Source of the DNA: Octopus bimaculoides
Lineage: Eukaryota
DNA: 49,513 nt
Assembly: GCF_001194135.2 (NCBI RefSeq)
Contig: NC_068987.1
Location: forward strand, 95,129,310-95,178,822
Direction: 5' to 3'
Below are positions 24,775 through 38,296 of this stretch, piece by piece (position 1 is the stretch's first letter; every line of letters starts with the position of its first letter). The translations under genes and the position numbers were made by a program. The notes beneath the pieces are model-generated. The model was not told the DNA's origin. It saw only the letters and a program-made list of their open reading frames with translations, and did not search any database.

Positions 24775-24810
24775 CTTTCTGTGGAAGAGCGTAGGCTCGA
24801 AACGTTAAAG
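24775..24810 (+). ncRNA. Minimal type-I hammerhead-ribozyme-like motif (Penelope-type), variant core
   Basis: CTTT | CTGTGGA A | GAGC-GTAG-GCTC | GAAAC GTT | AAAG. Stem I is CTTT/AAAG, stem II is GAGC/GCTC, and ACGT is palindromic. Deviations: U instead of A at core position 6, and a GUU cleavage triplet. Confidence 0.55.
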
Positions 24811-25420
24811 ACTGTTTCACTTCCCGAGCGTTATACTAATATATCTGTTTGTTGTTTACACTACCTGTCTTCGTCTTTTCTTTTTGTGTGAATTCTCCCT
24901 ATATTCAATATACCCATATTCTTTTTATGGTGAAGGTGGCGAGGTAGCAGAATGGTTAACACGCTGGACGCAGGCATGATACTACCAGTAAGTACGGTAG
25001 TGTTAATGNNNNNNNNNNNNNNNNNNNNNNNNNNNNNNNNNNNNNNNNNNNNNNNNNNNNNNNNNNNNNNNNNNNNNNNNNNNNNNNNNNNNNNNNNNNN
25101 NNNNNNNNNNNNNNNNNNNNNNNNNNNNNNNNNNNNNNNNNNNNNNNNNNNNNNNNNNNNNNNNNNNNNNNNNNNNNNNNNNNNNNNNNNNNNNNNNNNN
25201 NNNNNNNNNNNNNNNNNNNNNNNNNNNNNNNNNNNNNNNNNNNNNNNNNNNNNNNNNNNNNNNNNNNNNNNNNNNNNNNNNNNNNNNNNNNNNNNNNNNN
25301 NNNNNNNNNNNNNNNNNNNNNNNNNNNNNNNNNNNNNNNNNNNNNNNNNNNNNNNNNNNNNNNNNNNNNNNNNNNNNNNNNNNNNNNNNNNNNNNNNNNN
25401 NNNNGTATACAAATTTAATT

Positions 25421-25640
25421 TGCGGTCCATGGGAAGAGCCGTTTTAACGATGCGTCCTGCCCAGCTCTTCGAAACGCCGGTGTTAAAACGGGGGTAGCTG
25501 ATGAAGTAGAATGTTCTCTATGTGGCTTGTGTGTTCTCTCGTCTCTGTTTTGTTTGCAATGTCCTGTACCCAGATATGCACCTATACATACAGGTGGATG
25601 TCGGTATGCACATACCTGTACGTATATATGCATATACTCA
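25421..25640 (+). mobile_element. Repeat fragment carrying a hammerhead-like, pseudoknot-forming motif (probably PLE pLTR-derived)
   Basis: GAAGAGC (25433-39) pairs with GCTCTTC (25464-70), which is followed by GAAAC. CGTTTTAAC (25440-48) pairs with GTTAAAACG (25482-90). CTGATGA is at 25498-25504. Confidence 0.4.
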
Positions 25641-25650
25641 TTTACTATTT

Positions 25651-25689
<39 letters not shown>

Positions 25690-26985
25690 AAAATGTAACA
25701 ACAAAAGAATTCTTTTTTTCTTTTTGCACCTATTAGAGTTACGTCCCTCATATTTAACGGTTTTTCGCAGCGTCTGTTGCCATTAATAACCGACGAGAAT
25801 GTATCGTAGGTCTTCGCTCCGGCATTCGAAAATCCGAGTACTATAATGACAATCTTTTACTGTTTGTCCTCATTTATAACAAATAAACGTTAATATCGAA
25901 CAATGCGAGTGGGTGTTCAACACAACATTGGAATTCTTTTGAGATTCCAGATAACTTTTAACCAATACAAATTATGATCCAAAAGTAACTTATTTCCTTC
26001 ATAAATCTCTAAAAGAATCGAACATCTGACTCGTAGCTTTGCATACATCCAGAGTCGCCAAAATTACTCAGAAGTAAATGACAAACACTCACATAATTTC
26101 GCTTCATTGAGTATTCTTCAGGTTTTCTTACTCGGAACTCTACAACAGCAACTACTTCTACTACTACTACTACTACTACTATCATTACTATCACAGCTGC
26201 TGGTGCTGTTGTTGCTACTGCTTCTGCTGCTCTGACAGAAATAGTTCTAATACACCGAATCATCTTGGTTAGTTTAAATGACATAACAGTTATCATTAAT
26301 ATTTCCCCCGTCTCTCACATAAAACTTCTTCGCCACCTCCTCTTCCTCCTTCTGCTTCGTCATCATCATCATCATCCTCATCACCTTTTATTTCTCTTCT
26401 TCCTTTTCTACCCCTCTTCCTCGTCTTCTTCTTCATTATCATCTTTTCTTTATCTGTTTCCCCTCTCACTTCTTCCTTTTCTTTCTTCTTGTGACTTATT
26501 TCCTTGACTCTCGCTAAACCACAAAGAACATTAAATGGTTGCGCTTCGTGTTTTATAAAATCCTGATACACAACATCCATTATTATTCTCTGGCAAAGTC
26601 TGTGTCAACTTTAAAATCTTCCTCCGGTCTGTAAAACAGTACACCATGTTTATTTGGTTAGTTTTCCAATCTGTGTTTTATTATATTTAGCTACATAGAT
26701 ATCTCCATTTCTTCACCTACGTATTTATTTACATCTTAAATTCATCAATTCATCTGCCTCGCACGACTGCCTATATAACATAAAGGGTCAGCTAAACAGA
26801 GCAGCCACATCAAGTTTTACATATCCAATAATGTTGTATCTAACCTAGAATGGCAAAATGAAAATGGCAGGAATATATTTGATGATAGGTCTAATCAGTA
26901 TAAATTTCCACAGAGCTATATAACAAACTAGCAGAGACACCCGCCGGCGTCGCTCGGGATTAAAATGGTATAGTTTACATATATA

Positions 26986-27046
26986 AAGGCGGTGATCCAG
27001 CATGGCCGCAGTCAAATGACTGAAACAAGTAAAAGAGTAAAAGAGT
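26986..27046 (+). mobile_element. SINE 3' fragment nested in the HINE-like element
   Basis: AAAGGCGGTGATCCAGCATGGCCGCAGTCAAATGACTGAAACAAGTAAAAGAG is the reverse-complement homolog of 18160-18210. Confidence 0.8.
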
Positions 27047-27599
27047 ATATATATNNNNNNNNNNNNNNNNNNNNNNNNNNNNNNNNNNNNNNNNNNNNNN
27101 NNNNNNNNNNNNNNNNNNNNNNNNNNNNNNNNNNNNNNNNNNNNNNNNNNTATATATATATATATATTACAGTTATGTTGAAACAGGTGAATCGGGAAAG
27201 TGCAGTATTGACTACAAAACATTTGTGGAGTAAATGATGGTCTAATTTGACTAATCGACATGTAATACATCGGAGGATTGGAGGATTCCAAGTGCTAACC
27301 TATCATGGAAAATTGGGGGTGAAGGTATGTAATTTTCTAACCCACTGGAATACTCTCCTTTGAGGCGNNNNNNNNNNAGGATTCCAAGTGCTAACCTATC
27401 ATGGAAAATTGGGGGTGAAGGTATGTAATTTTCTAACCCACTGGAATACTCTCCTTTGAGGCGGTCAGCGCTACGTCTAACACGACCTGTCGTATTGTTG
27501 ACAATCAAATGAATGGAGGTGTAATGGAGATATTCTAGGTAAATGGGTACATTCTAGAAATGGGTTGCAATGGGAGACGGTAAGGATTTGGTAGTGCTT

Positions 27600-28620
27600 G
27601 CAATCTTACCTTGCAAAATTGTCAAAATTTTTTTTCTTCTAAAAACGTTCAATGACGTTAACTGGAGTGTGGGGTTCGAGTAGACGTCATTCCACCTTTT
27701 GATTTATCATTACCATTCTTTTCGTTCGATTTTATTTTTCCTCCACTTTTTAGTTTTTTCTGTCCTTGTGTTGTTCCCTCTGTGTTTCGACCCTGTATGG
27801 TTAATAAAAAAATTAAGTTGTCAGGTATGTATATGTATGTGTAGGTGTGTATCCGTGTGTATGTGTGTGTGTGTGTGTTNNNNNNNNNNTTATGTCTTAC
27901 CTTGCAACTTCTGCGATAATTATTATCCGGTAATGGAACTGTAAATATGTATTGTTTATCATCCGGTAATGGAAAAAGGAAATGAATAAAAAATTTTCAC
28001 ATTTCACGCATGTCAGTCGTCCACAAAATATATAAAACAAGGAGAAAGAGACAAATATAAAATAACACGTGCCAAATTTTTCTTTTTTTTTTTTCTAAAA
28101 ACGTTCAATGACGTTAACTGGAGTGTGGGGTTCGAGTAGACGTCATTCCACCTTTTGATTTATCATTACCATTCTTTTCGTTCGATTCTATTTTTCCTCC
28201 ATTTTTGTGTCTTTTCTGTCCTTGTGTTGTCCCCTCTGTGTTTCGACCCTGTGTGGTTAATAAAAGAATTAAGTCGTCAAGTATGTATATGTATGTGTAG
28301 ATGTGTGTATGTGTGTGTGTTTAATAACGCACCGTATATAGTTTGTCTGTACTTTTGTTTGCAGTACAAATTAAGGAAATAGAAGCACTTATACAGAGAG
28401 AGACAAAGAATTTTATATTTTACCTGCCAACCTTGCAACTCCTGCGATAATTATTAATCGGTAATGGAACAGCAAATGTGTATTGTCTTAAAGGAAATGA
28501 AAATAAAATTTTGTATTGACACCTTACGCATGTCAGTCGTCAGGTATGTATGCGTAGATCTGTGAGTGTTTAATAACGTGCCGTGATAATATGTCTGTAT
28601 TTTCGTATGCAGTGTAAATT
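27600..28620. repeat. Imperfect tandem duplication, period about 460-530 bp
   Basis: CTAAAAACGTTCAATGACG...GTATGTATATG starts at 27639 and 28095. CTTGCAACT.CTGCGATAATTATTA occurs at about 27900 and about 28431. The copies differ by several substitutions. Confidence 0.85.
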
Positions 28621-29274
28621 AATTCCCCCAAAATTACAGTATCGAAATGTGATTGTTTCAGTTTTGATACTGAAATAGTGGAAAAGTTTCATTTTTAAAG
28701 TGAAAGTATTTGACATGAGTGTTTTTGTTTCACTTTTGACACGTAATACTTAAATAGTGGAGGAGATATTATGTTGCTGTGGGCTCGAACTATGCAAGAA
28801 GTTAAACATTTTTTTTTTACTAAAACACAAGGTATGTGTAAAATTTGAATGAAATTGGTTGTGTAGTTCTGGAGTTTTAGAGATTCACACAGACACACAG
28901 TCATACATTCTCATTTATATATATATATATATNNNNNNNNNNNNNNNNNNNNNNNNNNNNNNNNNNNNNNNNNNNNNNNNNNNNNNNNNNNNNNNNNNNN
29001 NNNNNNNNNNNNNNNNNNNNNNNNNNNNNNNNNNNNNNNNNNNNNNNNNNNNNNNNNNNNNNNNNNNNNNNNNNNNNNNNNNNNNNNNNNNNNNNNNNNN
29101 NNNNNNNNNNNNNNNNNNNNNNNNNNNNNNNNNNNNNNNNNNNNNNNNNNNNNNNNNNNNNNNNNNNNNNNNNNNNNNNNNNNNNNNNNNNNNNNNNNNN
29201 NNNNNNNNNNNNNNNNNNNNNNNNNNNNNNNNNNNNNNNNNNNNNNNNNNNNNNNNNNNNNNNNNNNNNNNNNN

Positions 29275-29322
<48 letters not shown>

Positions 29323-31114
29323 AACAACTACAATATGACTAGGAATCTTGTACCAAGTCCGTTAATCTGCTACAAATGCTATCAACCGAATTACTTTGAA
29401 ATACTTCAAACTCCAAACAAGAAACGCCTCAGACATCAACAACATAATTCTTTTTCATTAACGTAGCCTCTCCGATGGAGTAGAGATAAATCGTTTTGGG
29501 ACATTCTGGCGCCGCTTATTTGGCGTAGCTGAATAGGTGACACCAGGCATTTTATTGTTTCTCTCATTCTCTTTCTCCTTCTCATTCACTTTCCGTACCC
29601 CTCTCTTTCTCTTTGTAATTATAAATTTCTGTGCGTGGAAGTGCATGTATGTGAACGTTCGGTTCCAACACCGTTCGGTCAACTATGCCAAATCGTCTGA
29701 TTCCGTCTTCCCGATGTTTCAATCTGGTCGAATTAACGACCAAATCACATTCTTTTATCTTTAAAAGAAATTACACCTTAGATCATATACTCCTAAAATA
29801 TATTGTGATGAGATTGTCATCATGCAGACACACATACACAAATGCACATAATTTTATATACGTACATATATACAACCATTTGGGTGTATGTGTGTGGTTG
29901 GATGTGAAGGCAGACAAGCATGCATGCGCATATGAGTGTATGTGTATGTGTGTGTAAGTGTGTGTGTGTGTAGGGTGGGGAGCGTATATAGATTGAGATG
30001 AAGAGGCAGCTAAATATACAGCCAGGGAAAAAGCTAAGAAAAACTTGGACAGATTTCCAGTTAGATGAATAGACAGATAGAAAGAGAGATAAACTGTTGG
30101 CTGCCAGTTGCATGTGTAAAGTATAGCAATGATGCTTATCTGTGCTCCTATCTACCTATGCATGTATGTGAATGTCTGTTTCTTTATGCATGTATGAATA
30201 TACATTCACATTCATCAGAGATAAGCTTAAAGGCAAACAAAAGCTCTCTTGGGAATGGTTTCAACGAAAACAGCTAAACGAAAGCAATTCCTAAAAGAAG
30301 GAACGAAATCCCTCGTGTAACGTACGATTATTATTATGATTTGGGGTTTACTTTGATGAGAGGGCATCTACATTCTGCCAAAGTATTTTCATTGTTTGTT
30401 TTAACTGTGGATAATGAGAAAGTTCTAGAAATAGACTTCAAACTGTCTGGTTGCAGAAATATGAGCGCTTGAAATTTTGTAGTAGGAGTAAAAACTAATT
30501 GATGGGTTTTAATTGTTNNNNNNNNNNNNNNNNNNNNNNNNNNNNNNNNNNNNNNNNNNNNNNNNNNNNNNNNNNNNNNNNNNNNNNNNNNNNNNNNNNN
30601 NNNNNNNNNNNNNNNNNNNNNNNNNNNNNNNNNNNNNNNNNNNNNNNNNNNNNNNNNNNNNNNNNNNNNNNNNNNNNNNNNNNNNNNNNNNNNNNNNNNN
30701 NNNNNNNNNNNNNNNNNNNNNNNNNNNNNNNNNNNNNNNNNNNNNNNNNNNNNNNNNNNNNNNNNNNNNNNNNNNNNNNNNNNNNNNNNNNNNNNNNNNN
30801 NNNNNNNNNNNNNNNNNNNNNNNNNNNNNNNNNNNNNNNNNTGTGTGTGTGTGTGTGTGTGTGTGTTTTTGTCTGTCTAATTATTCTTTATCTATCGATA
30901 TATGTATATATATATGTCATTATTCAGTTTTACTTCAAGATTTCTTGCCAGCAGAGAAAGAGCCTGTTTCTAACCCAGATCCAAAGTTTCTTCATTGGAA
31001 TATCAACATTAGCAACAGGGTATGTATGTATGTATGTATGTATGTATGCATGTATGTATTATGTACGTAAGTCTGTATACGTGAAGATTTGTATGTCTTG
31101 TATTACGTATATAT

Positions 31115-31360
31115 TTAAATAATTAGCTTCTGGAAACTTTACAGATTTTCACAGTTCCAACGATGGTTTGGGTCCGTAGTCTTCGAATCAGGTTTCTCCT
31201 TTCTGGTTTTGTGGAGCCTAATTTCTCTAGATTGCTATTTAGGCAGTGCGTTACATATCTCAGTGCTCCAGTAATTACAGGTATAAACCTGAACTTGTAA
31301 TCCGGATAGAGTAACTTTAGATCTGAACAGTACAGCGTAACTACATTTTTTTTCACTGAT
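31115..31360 (-). mobile_element. 3' end of an RLE-type LINE, same family as 840-1830
   Basis: Translates to LKLLYPDYKFRFIPVITGALRYVTHCLNSNLEKLG...LRTQTIVGTVKICK, which parallels YPRYSFSFKPIIIG...GTIKICK. Confidence 0.85.
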
Positions 31361-31489
31361 CTTTAGCTTCATGTTAACGTACACTGGGGAACTGATTTCC
31401 ACAACTGTACACAGTTTTTCGTATGTATGTATCCATCCATCCGTCCATCCATCCACCTACCCAATGCCCACCCACCCATCCATCCAGCC

Positions 31490-31529
<40 letters not shown>

Positions 31530-31537
31530 GTCTGCCT

Positions 31538-31652
31538 CGTGGAGCTTTAGGTGTTTTCGCTCAATAAACACTCACAACGCCCGGTCTGGGAATCGAAACC
31601 GCGATCCTATGACCGCGAGTCCGCTGCCCTAACCACTGGGCCATTGCGCCTC
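31538..31652 (-). mobile_element. 5' fragment of the tRNA(Arg)-derived SINE, same family as 3402-3720
   Basis: The reverse complement reads GGAGGCGCAATGGCCCAGTGGTTAGGGCAGCGGACTCGCGGTC...GGTTTCGATTCCC...AAAGCTCCACG. Confidence 0.9.
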
Positions 31653-31847
31653 CACACATACATACATACATACATACATGCATGCATGCATGCATACATA
31701 CATACACACGCACATTCATTCATTCATACATACATACATACATACATACATACATGTATCTGTGTACAACTCACTATTTAGCAACTGGTCTTTGATGATT
31801 TTGTTTGAGTCTCTGTAATATAGTAGATAGACAAAAAGAAGACACCA

Positions 31848-31955
31848 GTTGGCTGTGTGGTTAATAAGATCACTTGACAACGCTGTGGTTTTAGACTGTG
31901 TCCCACTGTGTGGTACCTTAGCCGCGGGCCGATTAATGTTGCCTGAAGGAAGTCC
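31848..31955 (+). mobile_element. Internally deleted SINE, family of 18160-18547
   Basis: TGGCTGTGTGGT...GTCCCACTGTGTGGTACCTT...GCGGGCCGA...CTGAAGGAAGTCCG. Confidence 0.55.
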
Positions 31956-33607
31956 GTTTATTATACATACATACATGCACACACGTAAACACGCACTTAT
32001 ATATGTACACATGAACTTGCATATTCACAATGATATACACATTTTTTTATCATTTCGTTTTTTTCTTTTTCACTCACTTCTGTATATCTTCGTACAGTCT
32101 CTGACTGGACATCTGTCCTCTCCTCGTTCTTCATAAATAAACATATCTTTCTTTGTATCTGCCTGCTTGTATATCTCTTTCTCGTTCCCTCCCCTATACG
32201 TACGCATAAATACATACACATAAGCACTCACAATTACACAGATATATAGAGCTTGCCGTAGAGAACAAGGTACGAGGCGTCTCTGACCACAAAGAATTTG
32301 TTCTGAGTAAATTTGTGCAGGGTTTACTCTCATCCATTTCTTAATAGAGTAAGCTAATCTAACGTACAGTGTACCTCAGCGAAATGCATAATTCAAAAAG
32401 ATTTCTAATATTCTTCCGTACAACATTATTCATGTAAGTACCTTTTTCAAGTTTATCTAACAATAAAAATGATTATAAATATGATATGCCTAAGAACATC
32501 ACAAACGCGAACCAATATATACAATTAGGTTCTTTAATTGAAATTTGATGTAGCAGACCACTTGCTACCATGGGTGACATTTTTAGGGATCCGTTAGTTC
32601 AAAAATGCTCTTAACAGTGCATTCGGTTATATTAATATTTCCAATAGTCATTCATAAACTGAATTTATCGCTTCTTGTTATTGCTTTGGTAGCTTTCCAG
32701 CAAACCTACTCTCCAGCTTCGTGGATCGGATTAATAGGAGACAGAACCGTATTTGTCAGAGCTGCATCCGGACATTGTGCCTCTGTGTATGTGCGTGCGC
32801 AATGAACAACGTACAGCCGAATAAAGAAACAGACAGAACTTGAGCTCCAGATATTTATTCAAAATGAAATCCAAAGAAAAGGGATTTCCATTGTTTCCGT
32901 CGCCAAATACATTCCAAGGTTTTCTGTACCATTAAAATACTTTGACATATACTAAAATCTTTCGTTAAATGTCGTACTGCATGTTATGGTTTAAACTCGT
33001 GATATGAATGAGTATGAGTATGTGCGTGTGTGTGTACGCGCGCGCGCATGTGTGTAATATCTGACTTTAAATAGTACATTGGCAGTGAAATCTGTATAAG
33101 ATTTATGAGTAATGGAATTACGTTGTTCATTATACAATTTCCGTATTAATGGCGAGGGTTTCTACTGACACATCTACGATCATCACCATTAGCAATATTA
33201 TTATCACTACTTGTTAATTCAGCTACTTTCGAATGTATAATGTTGTATATTAGGTTATGAGTTGTGGAATAAGTTATTTTAACAGTATTCCGGTTAAAAG
33301 TCATATAGTACCAACACAATACACACGTGCACATATATGTGTTTGTGTGTGTATGTATGTGTGTGTGTGAGTGTAGTAGTAGTAGTAGTAGATAGATTGG
33401 TTCCCAAAACAAGTAGCAAATTTTTAGTTGATCTAACCAACTCAGTGTGTTGTCAGTTTCTTTGTCTCTATGTCTATACACATGAAATATACCGCATTTA
33501 AAAGATACGGATAGCATATATGTGCACATATGGCTATTCTTATTCATTTAAATATTTCTACATTTAGATTATATTGTGCTTTTAGATATTCAGCTACACG
33601 TACACAC

Positions 33608-33644
<37 letters not shown>

Positions 33645-34000
33645 ACACGCACGCACATATATACGCCTGTATGTTTATACATACATTGATATGCCCACTT
33701 ATGCAACCTTAATAGAACAAGCTCTGTGTAATTTTATCTGCATTTCTATCTCATATATCCACCCCTCTCTACGCCTCTCTCACCCACAATATAGTTGTAC
33801 TTTTTATTTTCTCAATATGCTATAATAATCAATAAATTTGCAAACTTTATAACGTTACAAACTTTTAACTTAATTGATTACTGACACCTTGCCTTTCGTT
33901 CAGTTTTTTTTTCTCTTCCAATTTTTAAAGATTGTTTTATGATTTTTAAGACGTTTTTTGTTTGATTTTTCTCGAGTTTCGTCTTCTTTTTCCGCACCCA

Positions 34001-34032
<32 letters not shown>

Positions 34033-36023
34033 TGCATATGTGTCTGTGAGTGGTTATTTATTTACTTATTTATTCAGTTTATCGATCTCTACAGCTATTT
34101 CTTTATTCATAGTTGTTTATTTATACAATGAGTTTTCTGTTTATTTGGTTAGTCATCTATTTTAATTATTTCGTTTATTACTTCAGATTTTTTTTGTTTT
34201 ATTTGTTTTTATTTTATTTTATACGTCTTGCCCTATAAGATGATTTTTAATGAGATTTTCTTTAAATAGGAAAAACCCTTCCTTCATCTTCTCACTCCAT
34301 GTTATTTTAAGTATTTATCGATTCACTTCTTAGTTGTTAGGGTTATGTGCATGTACACATCTACATACATACAAACACACACACACACACGCACACATAT
34401 ATGCACACACTCACATATATGTGCATTGTAATTTTGTTCAAACATTTTGTAATATTTGTTATCAATTTATTTTTTTCGGAGATGGTGGGAGGGGGGATGT
34501 TTTTATGTTGTTGCTGTCAAGTTTGTTCTTGTCGATATTTTGACACCATCGTTAAATGTGTTGTTTGTTTTTTTTCTTTTCAGTTCTTTTACGTTGTTGC
34601 TGCTGCTGCTGCTGCTGCTGCTATTGTTGCTGCCGTTGTTTCTGTTTATGAGTGAACCCACTGGGGTTAACATCAAGTAGGATTTTGGCGTAGTTAATGA
34701 AAATTCTCAAAAATAGGAATAAAAATATTATAACTTTAGATTTAAATAAAATAGCATTTGAGCTTCTTCCCGAGTTCCGTTGCCAACATACTGTGCTTTC
34801 TTCCGACATCGGCTTATTCAATTCTCTCTGAAAGGTTACCAAGTGCACGGAGTCTGAAATGAAGAAAGACGAAGTGAAAAATACAGAGAGAGAGAGAGAG
34901 AAATAGAGAGAGAGAGAGAGAAATAGAGAGAGATAGAGAGAAATAGAGAGAGAGAGAGAGAGAGAGAGAGCAATATATATAATTTTATATATACATATAT
35001 ATATCCGTATCTATCTTATATATGTAGATATATGAATGTATATGTTTGTATATGTATGTATGCATATATGTGTATACACACACACACACACNNNNNNNNN
35101 NNNNNNNNNNNNNNNNNNNNNNNNNNNNNNNNNNNNNNNNNNNNNNNNNNNNNNNNNNNNNNNNNNNNNNNNNNNNNNATATATATATATATATATACGG
35201 TGAGACAGGATAGGGTGGGGTCATAAAAACCTTTAAAGTAAGGATATTATCAGATATAACTGTGTATTGAAATCGTTCAGGAAAAACGAACTGTGATTTT
35301 GGTGGGGAATAGATTTTAGAATGAAGAATCAAATTTGAAATAAGATAATTATGGAAGTGTGAATTGTGCAAGGACGGTAACAGTATAACCTTGAGAGTAA
35401 CGAGGGTGAGAGAAACGGTTTGGATTGATGACTGAAAAGGAACAACGAGTGACATTAGTGGAAAATAGATGAGATGTGAGCAAGAGAAACGAGTGAGAAC
35501 AGGAGATAAATGTAAAACGGGAAAATAGAAAAGAAGATATGTGAAATTTCTCAAAATCAAAATGAAACAAAACAAAAACTAAAATAAAATAAAATAAACA
35601 TGGGGGGGGATGTTCCGTGCTTATTTACGCGAAGTATTGTGAAGAATTTACTCGACAATACAGAATTTTCATAAATCACCGAGCTTGCTTTCAAGTCAAT
35701 TTTACAAAATTAGTGTTTACAGCATTTCTCCTCCTTCTAAATATATTCAAAAATTTTTATCAAATAGAAAAATAACCATAAATATAAATAAGCAAACATA
35801 TTGCCCTTTCGGGTCCCGACTCAGTAACAAAGGATTGATCGAAAAGGTTCTATTTGTTCCATTGTTCTCAGAGAATCAAAATTTGTCAATAATCGAATCT
35901 CAGATGTTGGTGCAAACAATGAATTTTTTTACATTTGCTGTTGTTGTTCTTGTTGTTATTGATGGTAGTGGTAGCAATGATGATGATGTTAGTGTGGGTG
36001 GTACGGTAGTGGTAGTGATAGTG

Positions 36024-36056
<33 letters not shown>

Positions 36057-37047
36057 ATAATATTGGTGGTGCTAACGGTATGGTGACATCTAGTGCTTCT
36101 TTTTAAGCATTCAACGTTTTAGAGTTTTAGTAATTCATAATTTCATGATTAATAATAGAATTTAGAATTTTGATTCTGTTTTTATTTTGGTGTTCTATTG
36201 TTTCATTTCATTCGATCCTTCATTTTATTTCATTATTTTCCATGACATTGTCATGTACTGATAGCAGGTTGTTGTATATTAGAATGCTGGAGAAAGGCAT
36301 CTCAAAGTGTCTTCATACTTAATTTCTTAATTAATTGTAAACACAATACCCTGATCGTGATTTCTTATTCTACATCTCTTGCATAAATATTTTATTACAC
36401 TGCTTCTGCTGGCTTCGAACCTAAGTACACTTATGCTAACACATCCTCTATCCTCTCATTCTCTCTTGATTTTACTCTTCAGTGAAATTTCTCACCAATA
36501 TCGTTGCTGGCGATTGGCAATTTTCTTTTTATATATTTTCATCGGACATTCAGTGTTTATTCCTGAATTAAGTCCAACTGCAACAAACAGAAACAGATAT
36601 ATTTTTTCAACCTAGAATCTTATAAAACAATAAAATAAGTCTTTGATCTTTTAAGAATGGGCTCAAGTTAAGTTTTATAGTCTCTGCTCCATAGTAACAA
36701 CATTTTAATAAATTATCTTAATATTTTATTCCCGATTAGTTTTCATGTTCTTTAAAGAAAAATCTTCTTGCATGCAGATTAAGATTAGAATATTTTGATA
36801 TTGGTTTTCTAAATATAAATATTTCAGATTGATTTGTGTATCTACCGCTTTTACGTTATGTATCTATGTCTATATTTTCTGAGATATCTTAGCCTAACTC
36901 TATATACTTTCTGATTGAATTTTATATTAACTAAGTAAAACGGTTCGTTTTTTCCACACTTTTGTATGTATGTATATATGTATGCATCTATGTCAGTGCA
37001 TGTACGTACGTACGCATGTATGTAAGTATGTATTATCTATCTATCTA

Positions 37048-37059
<12 letters not shown>

Positions 37060-37105
<46 letters not shown>

Positions 37106-37145
37106 ATATATGTATATATATTTATATAGATAGATAGATAGATAT

Positions 37146-37215
<70 letters not shown>
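37060..37215. repeat. (AT)n/(AGAT)n microsatellite
   Basis: Visible. Confidence 0.95.
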
Positions 37216-37216
<1 letters not shown>

Positions 37217-38222
37217 CACACACATAGGTATTTTATGATTTCTCTTAGGCATAATGATACTAATAACCAGATGCTGTAACTCAATATATATAAATATAAG
37301 AGTTAAGCATTATTCGAGTATAGAGCGTGATGTTAAGTTACGTGAATGACAAGAAAACAGGAATTGCGTAATGAACATCATTAGTTTACAACTGTTTCTT
37401 CTATGACATACAGAGCACTCAGAGCTGAGTGATTGTGCAGTACCTTATAGCTTCTTTGGAGCTTCTAAAATGCAATGCTTTGAGCGCACTGCATCCTATA
37501 CCACAAACAACTGTAAGCTTATCAGTTTTATTACATAATTCCTGTACTTTTGTTTGTTATATAATCGTATATATATGCATGTATATGAATATTCTTTTCT
37601 CTTTGTCTTAAATACGCAAGTTTGAAGTATTTCAGATATAATTTTGATTTTCTCTCTTTATGTGTATATGTATATNNNNNNNNNNNNNNNNNNNNNNNNN
37701 NNNNNNNNNNNNNNNNNNNNNNNNNNNNNNNNNNNNNNNNNNNNNNNNNNNNNNNNNNNNNNNNNNNNNNNNNNNNNNNNNNNNNNNNNNNNNNNNNNNN
37801 NNNNNNNNNNNNNNNNNNNNNNNNNNNNNNNNNNNNNNNNNNNNNNNNNNNNNNNNNNNNNNNNNNNNNNNNNNNNNNNNNNNNNNNNNNNNNNNNNNNN
37901 NNNNNNNNNNNNNNNNNNNNNNNNNNNNNNNNNNNNNNNNNNNNNNNNNNNNNNNNNNNNNNNNNNNNNNNNNNNNNNNNNNNNNNNNNNNNNNNNNNNN
38001 NNNNNNNNNNNNNNNNNNNNNNNNNNNNNNNNNNNNNNNNNNNNNNNNNNNNNNNNNNNNNNNNNNNNNNNNNNNNNNNNNNNNNNNNNNNNNNNNNNNN
38101 NNNNNNNNNNNNNNNNNNNNNNNNNNNNNNNNNNNNNNNNNNNNNNNNNNNNNNNNNNNNNNNNNNNNNNNNNNNNNNNNNNNNNNNNNNNNNNNNNNNN
38201 NNNNNNNNNNNNNNNNNNNNNN

Positions 38223-38296
<74 letters not shown>

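Larger units (their letters stand above)
26927..28932 (+). mobile_element. Probable non-autonomous Helitron/Helentron-associated (HINE/DINE-1-like) element with internal duplications
   Basis: The 5' end is ACTAGCAGAGACACCCGCCGGCGTCGCTCGGG, with a small GC hairpin. The 3' end is AAATTTGAATGAAATTGG...ACAGACACACAG...CTCATTTATATATAT. Both match the terminal architecture of such elements as I recall it. Gaps interrupt the element. Confidence 0.45.

Noticed and set aside
27278-27462. Identical direct repeat of about 85 bp on both sides of a 10-N gap
   Set aside because: Exact identity flanking a placeholder gap is the signature of unmerged overlapping contig ends, so it is most likely an assembly artefact.
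32605-32805. Candidate exon with a TTTCCAG acceptor and open frames
   Set aside because: No recognisable protein, no convincing donor and no partner exons.
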